The position numbers were made by a program, and so were the translations under genes. The notes below the pieces were generated by a model. It did no database searches. It was not told the DNA's origin and saw only the letters and a program-made list of their open reading frames with translations. This document shows, piece by piece, positions 52,650 to 64,000 of a stretch of 64,000 nt of DNA. Position 1 is the first letter of the stretch, and each line of letters begins with the position of its first letter. This DNA comes from Mobula hypostoma (Eukaryota). The stretch covers positions 239,818,001 to 239,882,000 of the forward strand of contig NC_086097.1 in the NCBI RefSeq assembly GCF_963921235.1, given 5' to 3'.

Positions 52650-54025
52650 ACCTATAGCCCTATTAGAATATAAAAGCAAGGATGTAATGCTGAGGCTTTG
52701 TAAGGCATTGGGTAGACCATACTTTGGAGTATTGTGAGCAGTTTTGGGCACCTTATCTAAGAACAGATGTGTTAATATTGGAAAGGGTCCAGAAGAAGTT
52801 CGTGAGAGTGATCCCGGGATTGAAAGGGTTAACATATGAGGAGTGTTTGATGGCTCTGGGCCTGTACTCACTGGAGATTAGAAGAACTGGGGGGGGGGGG
52901 GATTGTCACTGAAACCTATTGGGTATTGAAAGCAACACACATCAAAGTTGCTGGTGAACACAGCAGGCCAGGTAGCAACTCCAGGAAGAGGTACAGTCTC
53001 CGTTTCAGGCCGAGACCCTTCATCAGGACTAACTGAAGAAAGAGCTAGTAAGAGATTTGAAAGTGGGAGGGAGAGGGGTGATCCAAAATGATAGGAGAAG
53101 ACAGGAGAGGGAGGGATGGAGCCAAGAGCTGGACAGGTGATTGGCAAAAGGGATATGAGAGGATCATGGGACAGGAGGCCCAGGGAAAAGGAAAAGGGGG
53201 AGGGGGAAAAAACCCCAGAGGATGGGCAAGGGGTATAGTCAGAGGGACAGAGGGAGAAAAAGGAGAATGAGGGAAAGAATGTGTGTATATAAATAACGGA
53301 TGGGGTACGAGGGGGAGGTGGGGCATTAGCGGAAGTTAGAGAAGTCAATATTCATGCCATCAGGTTGGAGGCTACCCAGACGGAATATAAGGTGTTGTTC
53401 CTCCAACCTGAGTGTGGCTTTATCTTTACAGTAGAGGAGGCCGTGGATAGACATGTCAGAATGGGAATGGGATGTGGAATTAAAATGTGTGGCCACTGGG
53501 AGATCCTGCTTTCTCTGGCGGACAGAGCGTAGATGTTCAGCAAAGCGGTCTCCCAGTTTGCATCGAGTCTCGCCAATATATAGAAGGCCACATCGGGAGC
53601 ACCAGACGCAGTATATTACCCCAGCCAGCTCACAGGTGAAGTGTCGGATTATTGAAAGTGTCAGGTATTGAAAAGCCTAGATTGAGTAGATGTGGAGAGG
53701 ATGTTTCCTTTGTGGATGAGTATAGGACCAAAGGGCACACCTTCAGAATAGAAGGACATTCCTTTAGAAAAGGGCTGAGGAGGAATTTATTTACCCAGCG
53801 GTTATTGAATTGGTGGAATTCTTTGTCACAGATGGCAGAGGAGACAAGTCATTGAGTATATTTAAAGTGGAAGTTGATAGGTTCTAGATTAATAAGAGTA
53901 TCAAAGTTTATGGAGAGTTGGCATGAGAATGAGGTTGAGAGGGATAAAAATCAGCCATGATGGAATGGCAGAGCAGACTCGATGGGCCAAATAGCCTAAT
54001 TCTGTTCCTATATCTTATGGTCGTA
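52650..54025 (+). mobile_element. CR1 3' part split by a Penelope element
   Basis: ORFs 52724..52912 and 53652..53855 are consecutive pieces of CR1 ORF2. Confidence 0.85.
52932..53645 (-). mobile_element. Penelope-like element 3' part (intact GIY-YIG domain plus pLTR)
   Basis: Minus strand reads FTCELAGVIYCVWCSRCGLLYIGETRCKLGDRFAEHLRSV...RLEEQHLIFRLGSLQPDGMNIDFSNFR*. Hammerhead motif at ~52995-53030 with a mutated cleavage triplet. Confidence 0.93.
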
Positions 54026-55309
54026 TAGTCGAGAGAAACACCTGAGGAAGAAGAAGGTTTGCCTGGCTGACAATCACTGGGAGAGGGACAGTTGACCATT
54101 TGGTGTTAATATTATAGCTACCATGAGCAAAGTCTTCTTCTTGACGTTTACTTCCTCTTCTTTCTTTTTCTCTTCTTCCCCTTCCTCCCAGATGTATATT
54201 CCTTCCTTCCCGCATCCTTGCAGTCAAGGTCACCAAATCTGTCATTAAGATACTCTGCAGTGTCAACATTTTAACTTATTCCTCATTTATTATACTCCAT
54301 AATATGCCTTCTGATCCTGTGTAAAATATTCAGTCAATTATTTCCTGTATAATTCTTCAAACGCTTCTCACCTTTGGCCTTTTAAAAAGGCTTCACTATG
54401 TCAAACAGACTTCTTTAAAACTATAATTAAGGTTCAAAAATTAATTTGGTAGGATTAAGGATCCTAAAACTGCTGCTCAGCAGAACTTTCAATCATATTT
54501 ATGTTTTTTCTCATCATTTCACACTGTAATGGTCAAAGGGGAATATCTGCTCTGAATATTTGTGGTAATACTAGGAAGAAGAAAGAAGTGAGTTGCAGTG
54601 TTCTTAACACAGAGAGTATGTTTTGAATTCATTTTCATAAAATAGGGTGTATTGAATGAGCAAGACAAGACAAGTTAATTAACTAGCTAACCCAGATGGC
54701 CTATGTTTTCAATGACTTGTTTATCTCCAGCTCCCTTGTACAACACATGTAGTTATCCATCACCACTTATCAGTCATCTGCTTTTCTCATATGTGCATCA
54801 CATTTTTACATCTTCGTCTCTTCTGTAGCTCATTAATCATGCTGCATATAGTACCGAACAAAAGTCTTAGGCATGTATATGTAGCCAGGGTGAGTCAGAC
54901 TTTTGCATACCAATACAGTAATTTATGCATTGCACTGTACTGCTGTTGCAAAACAAAGCATTTCATGACATATGTGAGTGATGGTAAATCTGATTTTGAT
55001 ATGGGTCTCTATTGTGGACTGTGAGTGGGAAGGGGCCAGGGTCGGACAAAGGGGAAGGGAGAGGGGAGGGAGTGGGAAGCACCAGAGAGACATTCTGTAC
55101 TGATCAATAAACTAATTGTTTGGAATCAAATTATCTGGACTGGTATCTCTGAACTGCGTGCGTCTGCACCCATGCCACCCTCACCCCAGCTCTCCATCTG
55201 TGCCACCCGTCCCACACCCCTCGCACAGTGCTCCACCCTTGCCATTCCTAACATCCTTTGCTCCCGCTTGATTTACAAACTCGCTGCCTGCTCCACGTTG
55301 ACAAATCGT

Positions 55310-55343
55310 GTCCTGACGAAGGGTTCCGGCCCGAAACGTCGAC
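55310..55343 (+). ncRNA. Minimal type-I hammerhead ribozyme, intact core
   Basis: GTC, CTGACGA (55313-19), A, GGG/CCC stem II, GAAA (55333-36), CG, TC, GAC. Predicted cleavage is after 55340. Confidence 0.75.
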
Positions 55344-55399
55344 TCATCGTTTCCACGGATGCTGCCCGACCTGCTGAGTTCCTCCAGCGTGTTGTGAGT
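55312..55399 (+). mobile_element. 88-bp Penelope-derived hammerhead insertion
   Basis: 15-bp TSD GTTGACAAATCGTGT (55297-311, 55400-414). Confidence 0.9.
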
Positions 55400-56130
55400 G
55401 TTGACAAATCGTGTACTGTACCAAAGCCTTAGGCAAACTAGCTATACATCCCTGTATGTGCCTATGGCCTTTGTACAGTGCTGTACATTTTCTCATCCAG
55501 TTTTCCCTCTCAAAGCATTTTTTAAAACAATAACAGCACTACAATCCAGTCCATCACAGGAAAAGCCTTCCCCACCATTGAGCACGTGTCCAAAGAGAGC
55601 TTCCAGAAGAAAGCAGCATCCGTCATCAAGGACCCATACCATCCAGACCATATTCTTCTCTCACTGCTACCATTGTGAAGGAGGTACAGGAGCCTTAGGG
55701 TTCATCCTGCCAGTGTCACGAATGAATATTACTTTTCAACCATCAGGCTCCTGAACCATTGTGGATAACTTCACTCTCCTGAACTCTGAACTGATTCCAC
55801 AACCTATGGGTTCATTTTCAAGGACGCTACAATGCAGGGTGTCAGCATTACCTATCTATCTATCTGGCTATCTATCTATTTATTTACTTGTATATCTATC
55901 TATTTGCATTTTCACAGTGTGCCTTATTTTGCATGTTGATTGTCAGTTTTTCTGTGTAGTTTTTCACTGATTCTAATGTATTTCTTTATTTTACTGTGAG
56001 AAAATGAACCTCAGGTAGCATATGATGACATACAGTATACGTACTTCAATAATAAATTTACTTTGAATACTGAAAAGTGTGCCTAGTGAAAGTGTGTGTT
56101 CTAAATTTAAAACAATAAATACAGAAATTA

Positions 56131-56321
56131 CACATCAAAGTTGCTGGTGAACGCAGCAGGCCAGGCAGCATCTCTGGGAATCCCTGACGAAGGGTCTCGG
56201 CCCGAAATGTCGACTGTACCTCTTCCCAGAGATGCTGCCTGGCCTGCTGCGTTCACCAGCAACTTTGATGTATGCTGCTTGAATTTCCAGCATCTGCAGA
56301 ATTCCTGTTGTTTGCATTTTA
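56131..56321. mobile_element. Palindromic Penelope-pLTR-derived insertion with hammerhead motif
   Basis: 14-bp TSD AAATACAGAAATTA (56117-30, 56322-35). CTGACGAAGGGTCTCGGCCCGAAATGTC at 56184-56211. Confidence 0.9.
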
Positions 56322-56602
56322 AAATACAGAAATTATGTTATTTATCCCTGATTATTAAATAAGTCTGTTTGACTCATTATGTCTGTACAAGCTAAAGAAC
56401 AATACCTGGAATTTAATTCTCTACCCAACCTAATGTTCTTTATCAAATAATTAACCAGTTATCATTTAAAAGTATCGTCAAATCTGGAACGTGCTTTCTG
56501 AACACATTTCAAACATTGTATTCCAAATGTTCTAATGAAACAAAATAATCTAGAAGGAAAACTTTGACCTCAAACCTCAGCTGCCTTGTGGCTATACACA
56601 AG

Positions 56603-56873
56603 CATTTTAGGACCGAGGTTAGGAAAAACTTCTTCACACAGAGAGTGGTGAATCTGTGGAATTCTCTGCCACAGCAAACTGTTGAGGTCAGTTCATTAGC
56701 TATGTTTAAAAGGAAGTTAGATATGGCCCTTGTGGCTACAGGGGTCAGGGGGTATGGAGGGAAGGCTGGGTTCTGAGTTGGATGATCAGCCATGATCATA
56801 ATAAATGGCGGTGCAGGCTCGAAGGGCCGAATGGCCTACTCCTGCACCTATTTTCTATGTTTCTATGTTTCTA
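56603..56873 (+). mobile_element. CR1 subfamily A extreme 3' end
   Basis: FRTEVRKNFFTQRVVNLWNSLPQQ with a (TTTCTATG)n tail. Confidence 0.92.
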
Positions 56874-57699
56874 TACACGCACATGGGGAAAGTTTTGGGA
56901 GTAAACCCCGAGGAAAAATTCCAGATGTGGAGTTCCTCAGGCAGTCCTATGTTGAGTGCAACGCTGACTGACAACTCCTGCGTTGCCGATGGTCTCTGCC
57001 GTTCCTTTGGGTTCATTAGATGTGGGGAGAGTGGAAGCTGTCTACATGGGCAACAGCTTGCTCTGCATATTGTACTGCCCAGATGTGTATATTTAGACAG
57101 CTAGGACACAACATCCATGGTCGACCCTGACCAATGGAGTCCTTCACTCTGGATTTCCCGCATCTGCCAAGTCGCTTGTATATTGTAATCCAGATCTGAC
57201 TAACTTGTTATGTTTAAAAGAAGAATTTTGCTGCACCTGTGTTCTCTGGGTGACACCTTTCTGTCATCAGAAACGGTTTTACTTTTTATACTCTGGTATG
57301 ACATTTCAGGTACACAGGAACATAAGATTCACATTCAGGTTCAGATTTAGAACCAGATTGATTTCTCTCATGTACATCAAAGCGTACAGTGAAAAGTGTT
57401 ATTTGTGTTAGCAACCAAATACCTGAGGATAAGCTGGGGGCAATCCCCCAGTGATGCCACACAGGCTGACGCCAACATAGCATGCCCACAACATTCACCA
57501 TCACACAACACAACACAAGCAACAACAACAACAACAACAGAATAAAACAAGACAACAGCAAAACAAGCCACTTTCCCACAATACACAGCTGCAGAGTGTC
57601 TCAAAATCCCACCCCAACAGGTTCAGGTACAGCTACTTCTTTTCAATCGTTTGGTTCTTGAACCAACCTGCAGAACTGCACAACCTGCATCATTTCTTT

Positions 57700-58640
57700 T
57701 TATATTATATGCCAATGATTTGGATGAAGGAATTGATGGTTTTGTGACCAGGATGATATGAAGGTAGGTGGAGGGGCAAGTTGTTTTGAGGAAGCAGACA
57801 GGTTACAGAAGGGCTTCGACAGATTAGGGGAATGGGCAAAAAAGCAGCAGATGGAATGCAGTGTCAGGAAGTGTGTGGTCATGCACTTTGGCAGAAGGAA
57901 AAGAACGCATAGTCTATTTACTAAATGGAGAGAAGGTTCAAAAATCCGAGGCACGAAGAGACTAGGGAGTACACGTGCTGAATTTCCCAAAGGTTAGCTC
58001 GCAGTTTGAGTCAGTGGTGAGGAAGGAAAATGCAACATTAACATTCATTTTGAGAGGATTAGAATCTAAAGGCAAGGATGTAATGTTAAGGTTTATAAGG
58101 TGCTGGTGAGATGTTATTTGTAGTATTGTGAGTAGTTTTAAGTCCCTTATCACCTCCAATGATGTGCTGACATTGGAGAGAGTTCAAAGGAGGTTCATGA
58201 AAATGACTCCAGGTTCACCATATGAGGAGCATTTGATGGCTGTGGGCCTGCACTCATTGAAATTCGGAAGAATGGATGGTGACCTCACTGAAACCTATTG
58301 AATAGTGAAAGGCCTTGACAGAGTAGATTTGGAGAGGATGTTTCCTATGGTGGGGAAGTCCATGGGACACAGCCTCGGAATAGTGGGATGTCCATTTCAG
58401 CTGGAGATGAGGAGGTATTTCGTTTGCCAGAATGGTAAACCTGTGGCATTGGTGCCGCAGGTTGTGGAGGCCAAGTCATTAGGTATAACTAAGGCAGAGG
58501 TTGATAGATTCTTGACTGGCCAGGACATGAAGCAATACGGAGAGAAGGCAGGAGGTTGGCGCTGAGAGGAAAATAGGTCAGCTATGATGAAATGGTGGAA
58601 CAGAATCAATGGGCCAAGTTCTGCTGCTGTATCTTTCAGT
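57700..58640 (+). mobile_element. Degenerate CR1 3' part
   Basis: ORFs 57758..57997 and 58305..58565 match CR1 RT C-terminal motifs. Confidence 0.85.
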
Positions 58641-58689
58641 CTAACTCTACACAAAGAAAAAAAAAATTAAAAAAGAGTTTTAGTGCCTA

Positions 58690-59528
58690 AAAAGAATGAC
58701 TAAAAGTCAGAGCTAACTTAGAATCCCTGTTGTTACACACCACAAACCAAGCCAGAAAGCCTGGTGTTGTGATGGACGCCGGCTTAAATTTTAACTGCCA
58801 CATTAAGACACAATTACAAAGTCAGCCTACTACCATCTTAAAAGTATAGCAAGAGGTAAAGGGGTTACATCTCAGTGAAATCTAGAAAACTCATCTATGC
58901 ATTTATTTTTAGTAGGCTTGACTACTGTAATGGTATTTTCACAGATCTCTGTAAAAAATCCCTCCGACAGAGGCAACTCATTCAGAACACTGCTGCTAGA
59001 GTCCTCACTAAGACCAAGAAAGTAGAACACATTGCTCCAGTTTTCAGATCACTGCATTGGCTTCCTTTCCATCAGAGGATTGACTTAAAAGTATTACTAC
59101 TGGTTTATACTGCACTGAGTGTTGTATGGCCAAAATACATCTTCGATCTCCTGCTGCGTTATAAACCTTCCTGAGTTCTCAGGTTATCTGGAGCAGGTCT
59201 GTTTACAGTTCCCTGGGTCAAAACTAAACATGGTGAAGCAGCTTTTAGTTACTATGCTCCACATATTGGGAATAACCTTCCAGATGATCTGAACTCTGCC
59301 CCATCTTTAAGCTCTTTGAAACTGGAGCTTAAAACTCTTCTTATCACTATAGCTTTTAATTACCATCTCTTGCACTGTAACATTTATTTCATGATTTTTT
59401 TAGTGTGATTTTATTTTCTTTTTATTGTTTGAAATTTGATGTTTGATTTTTATATTTTGCCTTATGCAAAGCACTTCGAACTGCCTTGTGTTTGAAAAGT
59501 GCTCTACAAGTAAACTTGCCTTGCCTTA
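58690..59528 (+). mobile_element. L2 LINE 3' part (same family as 24366-26340)
   Basis: ORF 58875..59174 (SRLDYCNG..IQNTAARVLT..SLHWLP) and tail aaacttgccttgcctt. Confidence 0.9.
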
Positions 59529-59715
59529 AACATTGCCTTATTATATCTACACTTTGCCTACCTCAGTGTCAAGACCAGAATCAGGTTTAATGTTGACTGA
59601 CACCTATTGTGAAATATGATGTTTTTCCACAGAAATAATTGCAATACATAACAATAGAAGTATATCTAAAAAAGAGAACATTAAATTAAATAAGTCCTGC
59701 AGAAAGAAGGGGAAC

Positions 59716-60557
59716 TCATGGCAGATGCAATTTAATGTGGATAAATGTGAAGTTATCCACTTTGGTGGCAAAAATAGGAAAACAGATTATTATCTGAATG
59801 GTGGCCGATTAGGAAAAGGGGAGGTGCAACGAGACCTGGGTGTCATTATACACCAGTCATTGAAAGTGGGCATGCAGGTACAGCAGGCGGTGAAAAAGAC
59901 GAATGGTATGCTGGCATTTATAGCGAGAGGATTCGAGTACAGGAGCAGGGAGGTACTACTGCAGTTGTACAAGGCCTTGGTGAGACCACACCTGGAGTAT
60001 TGTGTGCAGTTTTGGTCCCCTAATCTGAGGAAAGACATCTTTGCCATAGAGGGAGTACAAAGAAGGTTCACCAGATTGATTCCTGGGATGGCAGGACTTT
60101 CATATGAAGAAAGACTGGATGAACTGGGCTTGTACTCGTTGGAATTTAGAAGATTGAGGGGGGATCTGATTGAAACGTATAAGATCCTAAAGGGATTGGA
60201 CAGGCTGGATGCAGGAAGATTGTTCCCGATGTTGGGGAAGTCCAGAACGAGGGGTCACAGTTTGAGGATAAAGGGGAAGCCTTTTAGGACCGAGATTAGG
60301 AAAAACTTCTTCACACAGAGAGTGGTGAATCTGTGGAATTCTCTGCCACAGGAAACTGTTGAGGCCAGTTCATTGGCTATGTTTAAGAGGGAGTTAGATA
60401 TGGCCCTTGTGGCTACAGGGGTCAGGGGGTATGGAGGGAAGGCTGGGGCGGGGTCCTGAGGGATGATCAGCCATGATCATAATAAATGGCGGTGTAGGCT
60501 CGAAGGGCCGAATGGCCTACTCCTGCACCTATTTTCTATGTTTCTATGTTTCTATGT
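59716..60557 (+). mobile_element. CR1 subfamily A, 5'-truncated, open frame
   Basis: ORF 59725..60459 is nearly identical to ORF 21706..22665. It sits inside an old Rex1-like element (59575-59700 and 60558-60880). Confidence 0.97.
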
Positions 60558-61527
60558 TAAATAAAATACTGAGGTAGTGTTCACGGTTTCATTGTCCATT
60601 CAGATATCTGATGGCAGAGTGGAAGAAGCTGTTCCTGACATATGGAGTGTGTGTTCCTTCAGGCTTCTGTACCTGCTCCCTGATGCCAGCAATGAGAAGC
60701 AGGCATGTCCTGGATGGTGGGGCTCCTTAATCATGGATGCCACCTTTTTGAGGCATCACCATTTGAAGCCGGGGAGGCTAGACTCCATGATGGAACTGGC
60801 GGAGATTCCAACTTTCATCAACTTTTTCTGATCCAGTGCAGTGGCCCCCTCCATACCAGACAGTGACGTAACCAGTTAGAAAGCACTTTGCACGACAAGG
60901 AACTTCAAAAAAAAATATTGCTCAAATTGTGTTCCTTCTAGCACGATTTATGTTTTCCTGATGAGCGTTGCATTTCTGAAGCTGAGTGCCTGTGATTCCG
61001 CAGTAAGTAAGTTTTTCATTGCACCTGTGCTTATGACAACAAACTCCACTTTGGCAAACTCAGCTCCATGTAAATGGCATCACAAATCTCTGTTTTTTAT
61101 TTGAATAAATCTCTTCTGCAACCTGTTGGAGACTTTGACAAACGTCTCAAAGTGTGGTTTGAGAGAAGAAAGGCACCCCATTCATGGCCACTCACTCATA
61201 AAATTTAAGATTGGCTCATCATCAACACGGGAGATTCTGCTAACGCTGGAAATGCAGAGTAACACACACAAAATACTGCATGAGATCAGCAGATCAGGGA
61301 GCACCTATAGAGAGGAATAAACAGTTGACGTTTCGGGTCGTGACCCATCATTGGTTATCAAATTATTCAGAACATTCTTAAGAAAAGCTTCCTTGTTTTG
61401 TACCTTATGCCTCTCTTTAAGAAGCAAAGAATCCATATGTTTATCTTCTGCTCAATCACATTCAACCCTACAATCAGAAATATAAACTGTTCATTGCGAG
61501 TCTCTGATCTCTCTTCCTAGATAGTTA

Positions 61528-62091
61528 TACTCGGGGGCCACTTTATTATGTACACATATACACCTGCTCATTAATATCTAAACAGCCAGTCACGTGGCAG
61601 TAACTCAATGCATAAAAACATGCAGACATGGTTAAGAGGTTTCAGCTGTTGTTCAGAGAAAATATCAGAGTGGAGGAAGAAATGAGATCTAAGTGATTTT
61701 GATGGTGGAATGATTGTTGATGCCAGAGGGGATGATTTGAGTATCTCAGAATCTGCTGATCACCTGAGATTTTCACATACAACAGTCTCTTAAATTAGCA
61801 GAGAATGATAAGAAAAAAAAAAGCCTCCAGTGATCAGCAGTTCCGTGGGCAAACATGCCTTGTTAAAGAGAGAGGTCAGAGGAGAATGGCCAGAAAAGTT
61901 GAAGCTGACAGGAAGGTTACAGCAACTCAAATAACCAGGCGTTACAACAGTGACGTGCAGAAGATCATCTCTGAATGCACAACAAGTCGAAATTTGAAGT
62001 GGATGGGCAGCAGCAGCAGAAAAATATACCAGGTTCCATTCCTTTGGCAACTTTTTAGGTACTGTTCTGCATCTAATAAAGTGCTTACTTG
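61528..62091 (+). mobile_element. Internally deleted Tc1-like element
   Basis: TIR ggccactttattatgtac / ctaataaagtg with TA flanks. Transposase N-terminus (DLSDFDGGMIV.AR, ERGQRRMARKVEADRKVTATQIT). A related fragment lies at ~51270-51362 (minus). Confidence 0.8.
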
Positions 62092-62239
62092 TATGTCCAC
62101 GTCATTACTGCCCTTTGACTATGCTAATTCTTCTTTAATGGTATCTGATCAAATTCTTTGTGTGTATTTTTTTTATATATCAACCCCACCTAACAACATA
62201 CCTCATTTATTTTCATTGAAAAACAAAATCAAATTGTTT

Positions 62240-62480
62240 AGCAAACACAAAAAAATCTGCAGATGCTGAAAACCCAAAGCAACACACACAAAATGGTGGA
62301 GGAACTCAGCTGGCCGGGCAGCAACTCTGGAAAAGAGTAAACAGTCAATGTTTGGGGCCAAGACCCTTCTTCAGGACATTTTCTCAGTCCAGAGAAGGAC
62401 CTTGGCCCGAAACATCGGCTGTTTTCTCATTTCCGTAGATGCTGCCTGACGTGTTGAGTTCCTCCAGCATTTTGTGTGGT
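62240..62480. mobile_element. Palindromic Penelope-pLTR pair with two back-to-back decayed hammerhead motifs
   Basis: Minus strand GTCCTGAAGAAGGGTCTTGGCCCCAAACATTGAC (62344-77). Plus strand AGTCCAGAGAAGGACCTTGGCCCGAAACATC (62386-416). Confidence 0.75.
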
Positions 62481-64000
62481 TTGTCATTCATTAACTTATA
62501 TTTCTCTGGGTGGTTTGAGGTGTCCTGAATTGCTTTTTTCCTAAATATGTGTTGAATTACTTGTACCTCACAACCACTAGTTGCCTGATGATTCCCGAGT
62601 TTACCCATTTAAGGACATTTCGGTGATATTCACAGGGATTTGGTTTCTGGAACTTCTTCCATTTTCAAAGGAGGATTGGAATATTAAAGTATGGCCATCT
62701 CAACCTTCACCTCTCACAAGCTCTTAACTCCCTCTTCTTTATCTATATTTAACTTATCCAATTTCTTTAACACATTCTCATCTCCTGAAGACGCGTGTAA
62801 CATGTTCATTTAGCGCTTAAGCTAAGCTTTCTGTCTCCAGTTAGTCCCTTATCAGCCTCAGGCTTTTTTTTTGACTACCTTTTAACTGTGTACACTGTGT
62901 GCCTTTAGAAAGCCTCTGGTTATACTTTATATTGCCTTAATCTACTTGCTGTAGCTGAAATAATTGGGGATACTGCGGACAGCGGTTAAGCTACAGTCTT
63001 AATATCCAGAAGCCTGCACCATTGATTGAGTTTGAATCCCAGCAGAACACGAAGAGTCTAAATTCAAATAAATTAGAAATTAAAAACCTGCTATCAGTAA
63101 CAGCGGTCATAAAACCAATGGATTGTTTTTTTGCATTTATTCAAGGAGGCTTTGAGACTGTGATTGAATCTTCTCCTCTCCCTTGATAAAGCTCAGAAGA
63201 GATCTTTTGTTTAGAGAGTCTCATGTCAGGCATGTGCATGGCATGACTAGCCAAATCCAGCTGGCTGAGTGTTATTAGGGCTTTGGTTGTCCTATGAGGG
63301 AGTGAGGGGGAGGACATATTTGGAGAGCACTTCCGTTGTTTCCCTCTGAGAGAAAAGGTCAAAGATCACATTAAAGAAGGCAAGCTGTGCAAATGAAAAA
63401 AATGAATAAATTGTACAGAGATCATGAGTGACAATGAGCCCATAGGCTGTGGAATCAGTTCAGAGTTGAGATGGTTCCATGCCAACTCAGACGGCTGCTG
63501 GTTGTGAGGTAATAACCATTCCTGATCCTGGTAGTGTGGGACCTAAGGCCATTGCACCCCATTTCTGATGACCGCAGCGAGAAGGGAGCTTTGCCTGGAT
63601 GGTGGAGAAATGCAACACAGATAAAATGCAGGCCCTCAGCCAGAAATGTCAACTGTTTATTCATTTCCATTGATGCTGCCGGATCTGTTGTGTTCCTCAA
63701 AAATTTTGTGAGTATTAAAGTCTGTGAGGTAAAATGTACATGTGTATCTAAACAAATAGGGACACGGTTATTTTTGAAGTTTATTCATTCAAATTCAAAA
63801 TTTAAGATGCATTTACTATCAAAGTATGTATACTAAAAAACAGCATTGAGATGTATTGCTCTTTGTTTCCAGAATCTGCAGAATCCCTTCTGTTTAGACT
63901 TATGTAGTTCTGATTCTGATTCCGGGGAAACACACACAGTGGTCATATGACGCGAAGAAGCAACATTCAGGATGGGTTGAGGAATCCAAGTCAATGTAGA

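Larger units (their letters stand above)
54846..55484 (+). mobile_element. Composite element bounded by two ~70-bp Tc1-type palindromic MITEs
   Basis: Mini-palindromes at ~54846-54920 and ~55411-55484 enclose a LINE-tail fragment and unique sequence. A second copy lies at 49580-50040. Confidence 0.65.

Noticed and set aside
54015..54269. Lys/Arg/Glu-rich minus-strand ORF
   Set aside because: It is explained by a low-complexity purine tract, has weak splice signals and has no recognisable homology.

Overview
This is eukaryotic, vertebrate-type DNA and is very transposon-dense. The repeat content (CR1 LINEs with octamer tails, V-domain SINEs, Penelope pLTR-derived palindromes, Rex1/Babar, Tc1) suggests an intronic or intergenic region of a cartilaginous fish, probably a ray; this is inference. 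No host protein-coding gene can be supported, and nearly all informative ORFs are retroelement or transposase fragments. Contents: many CR1 copies (one near full-length, plus two young subfamilies), young and old Rex1-like LINEs, two L2 copies, RTE 3' ends, three Penelope-like GIY-YIG elements, Tc1/mariner elements, a solo LTR and tRNA-derived SINEs. The most interesting signals are: (1) a dispersed family of minimal type-I hammerhead ribozyme motifs on Penelope pLTRs and on tiny TSD-flanked non-coding insertions, including an intact one in an 88-bp insertion; (2) a tandem array of an R4/Dong-clade RLE-endonuclease retrotransposon whose units are separated by (TAA)n runs; (3) a ~15-kb nest of insertions inside one old LINE; (4) a palindromic Tc1 derivative and a MITE-bounded composite element. 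Boundaries were read by eye and are approximate unless a target-site duplication (TSD) is quoted.
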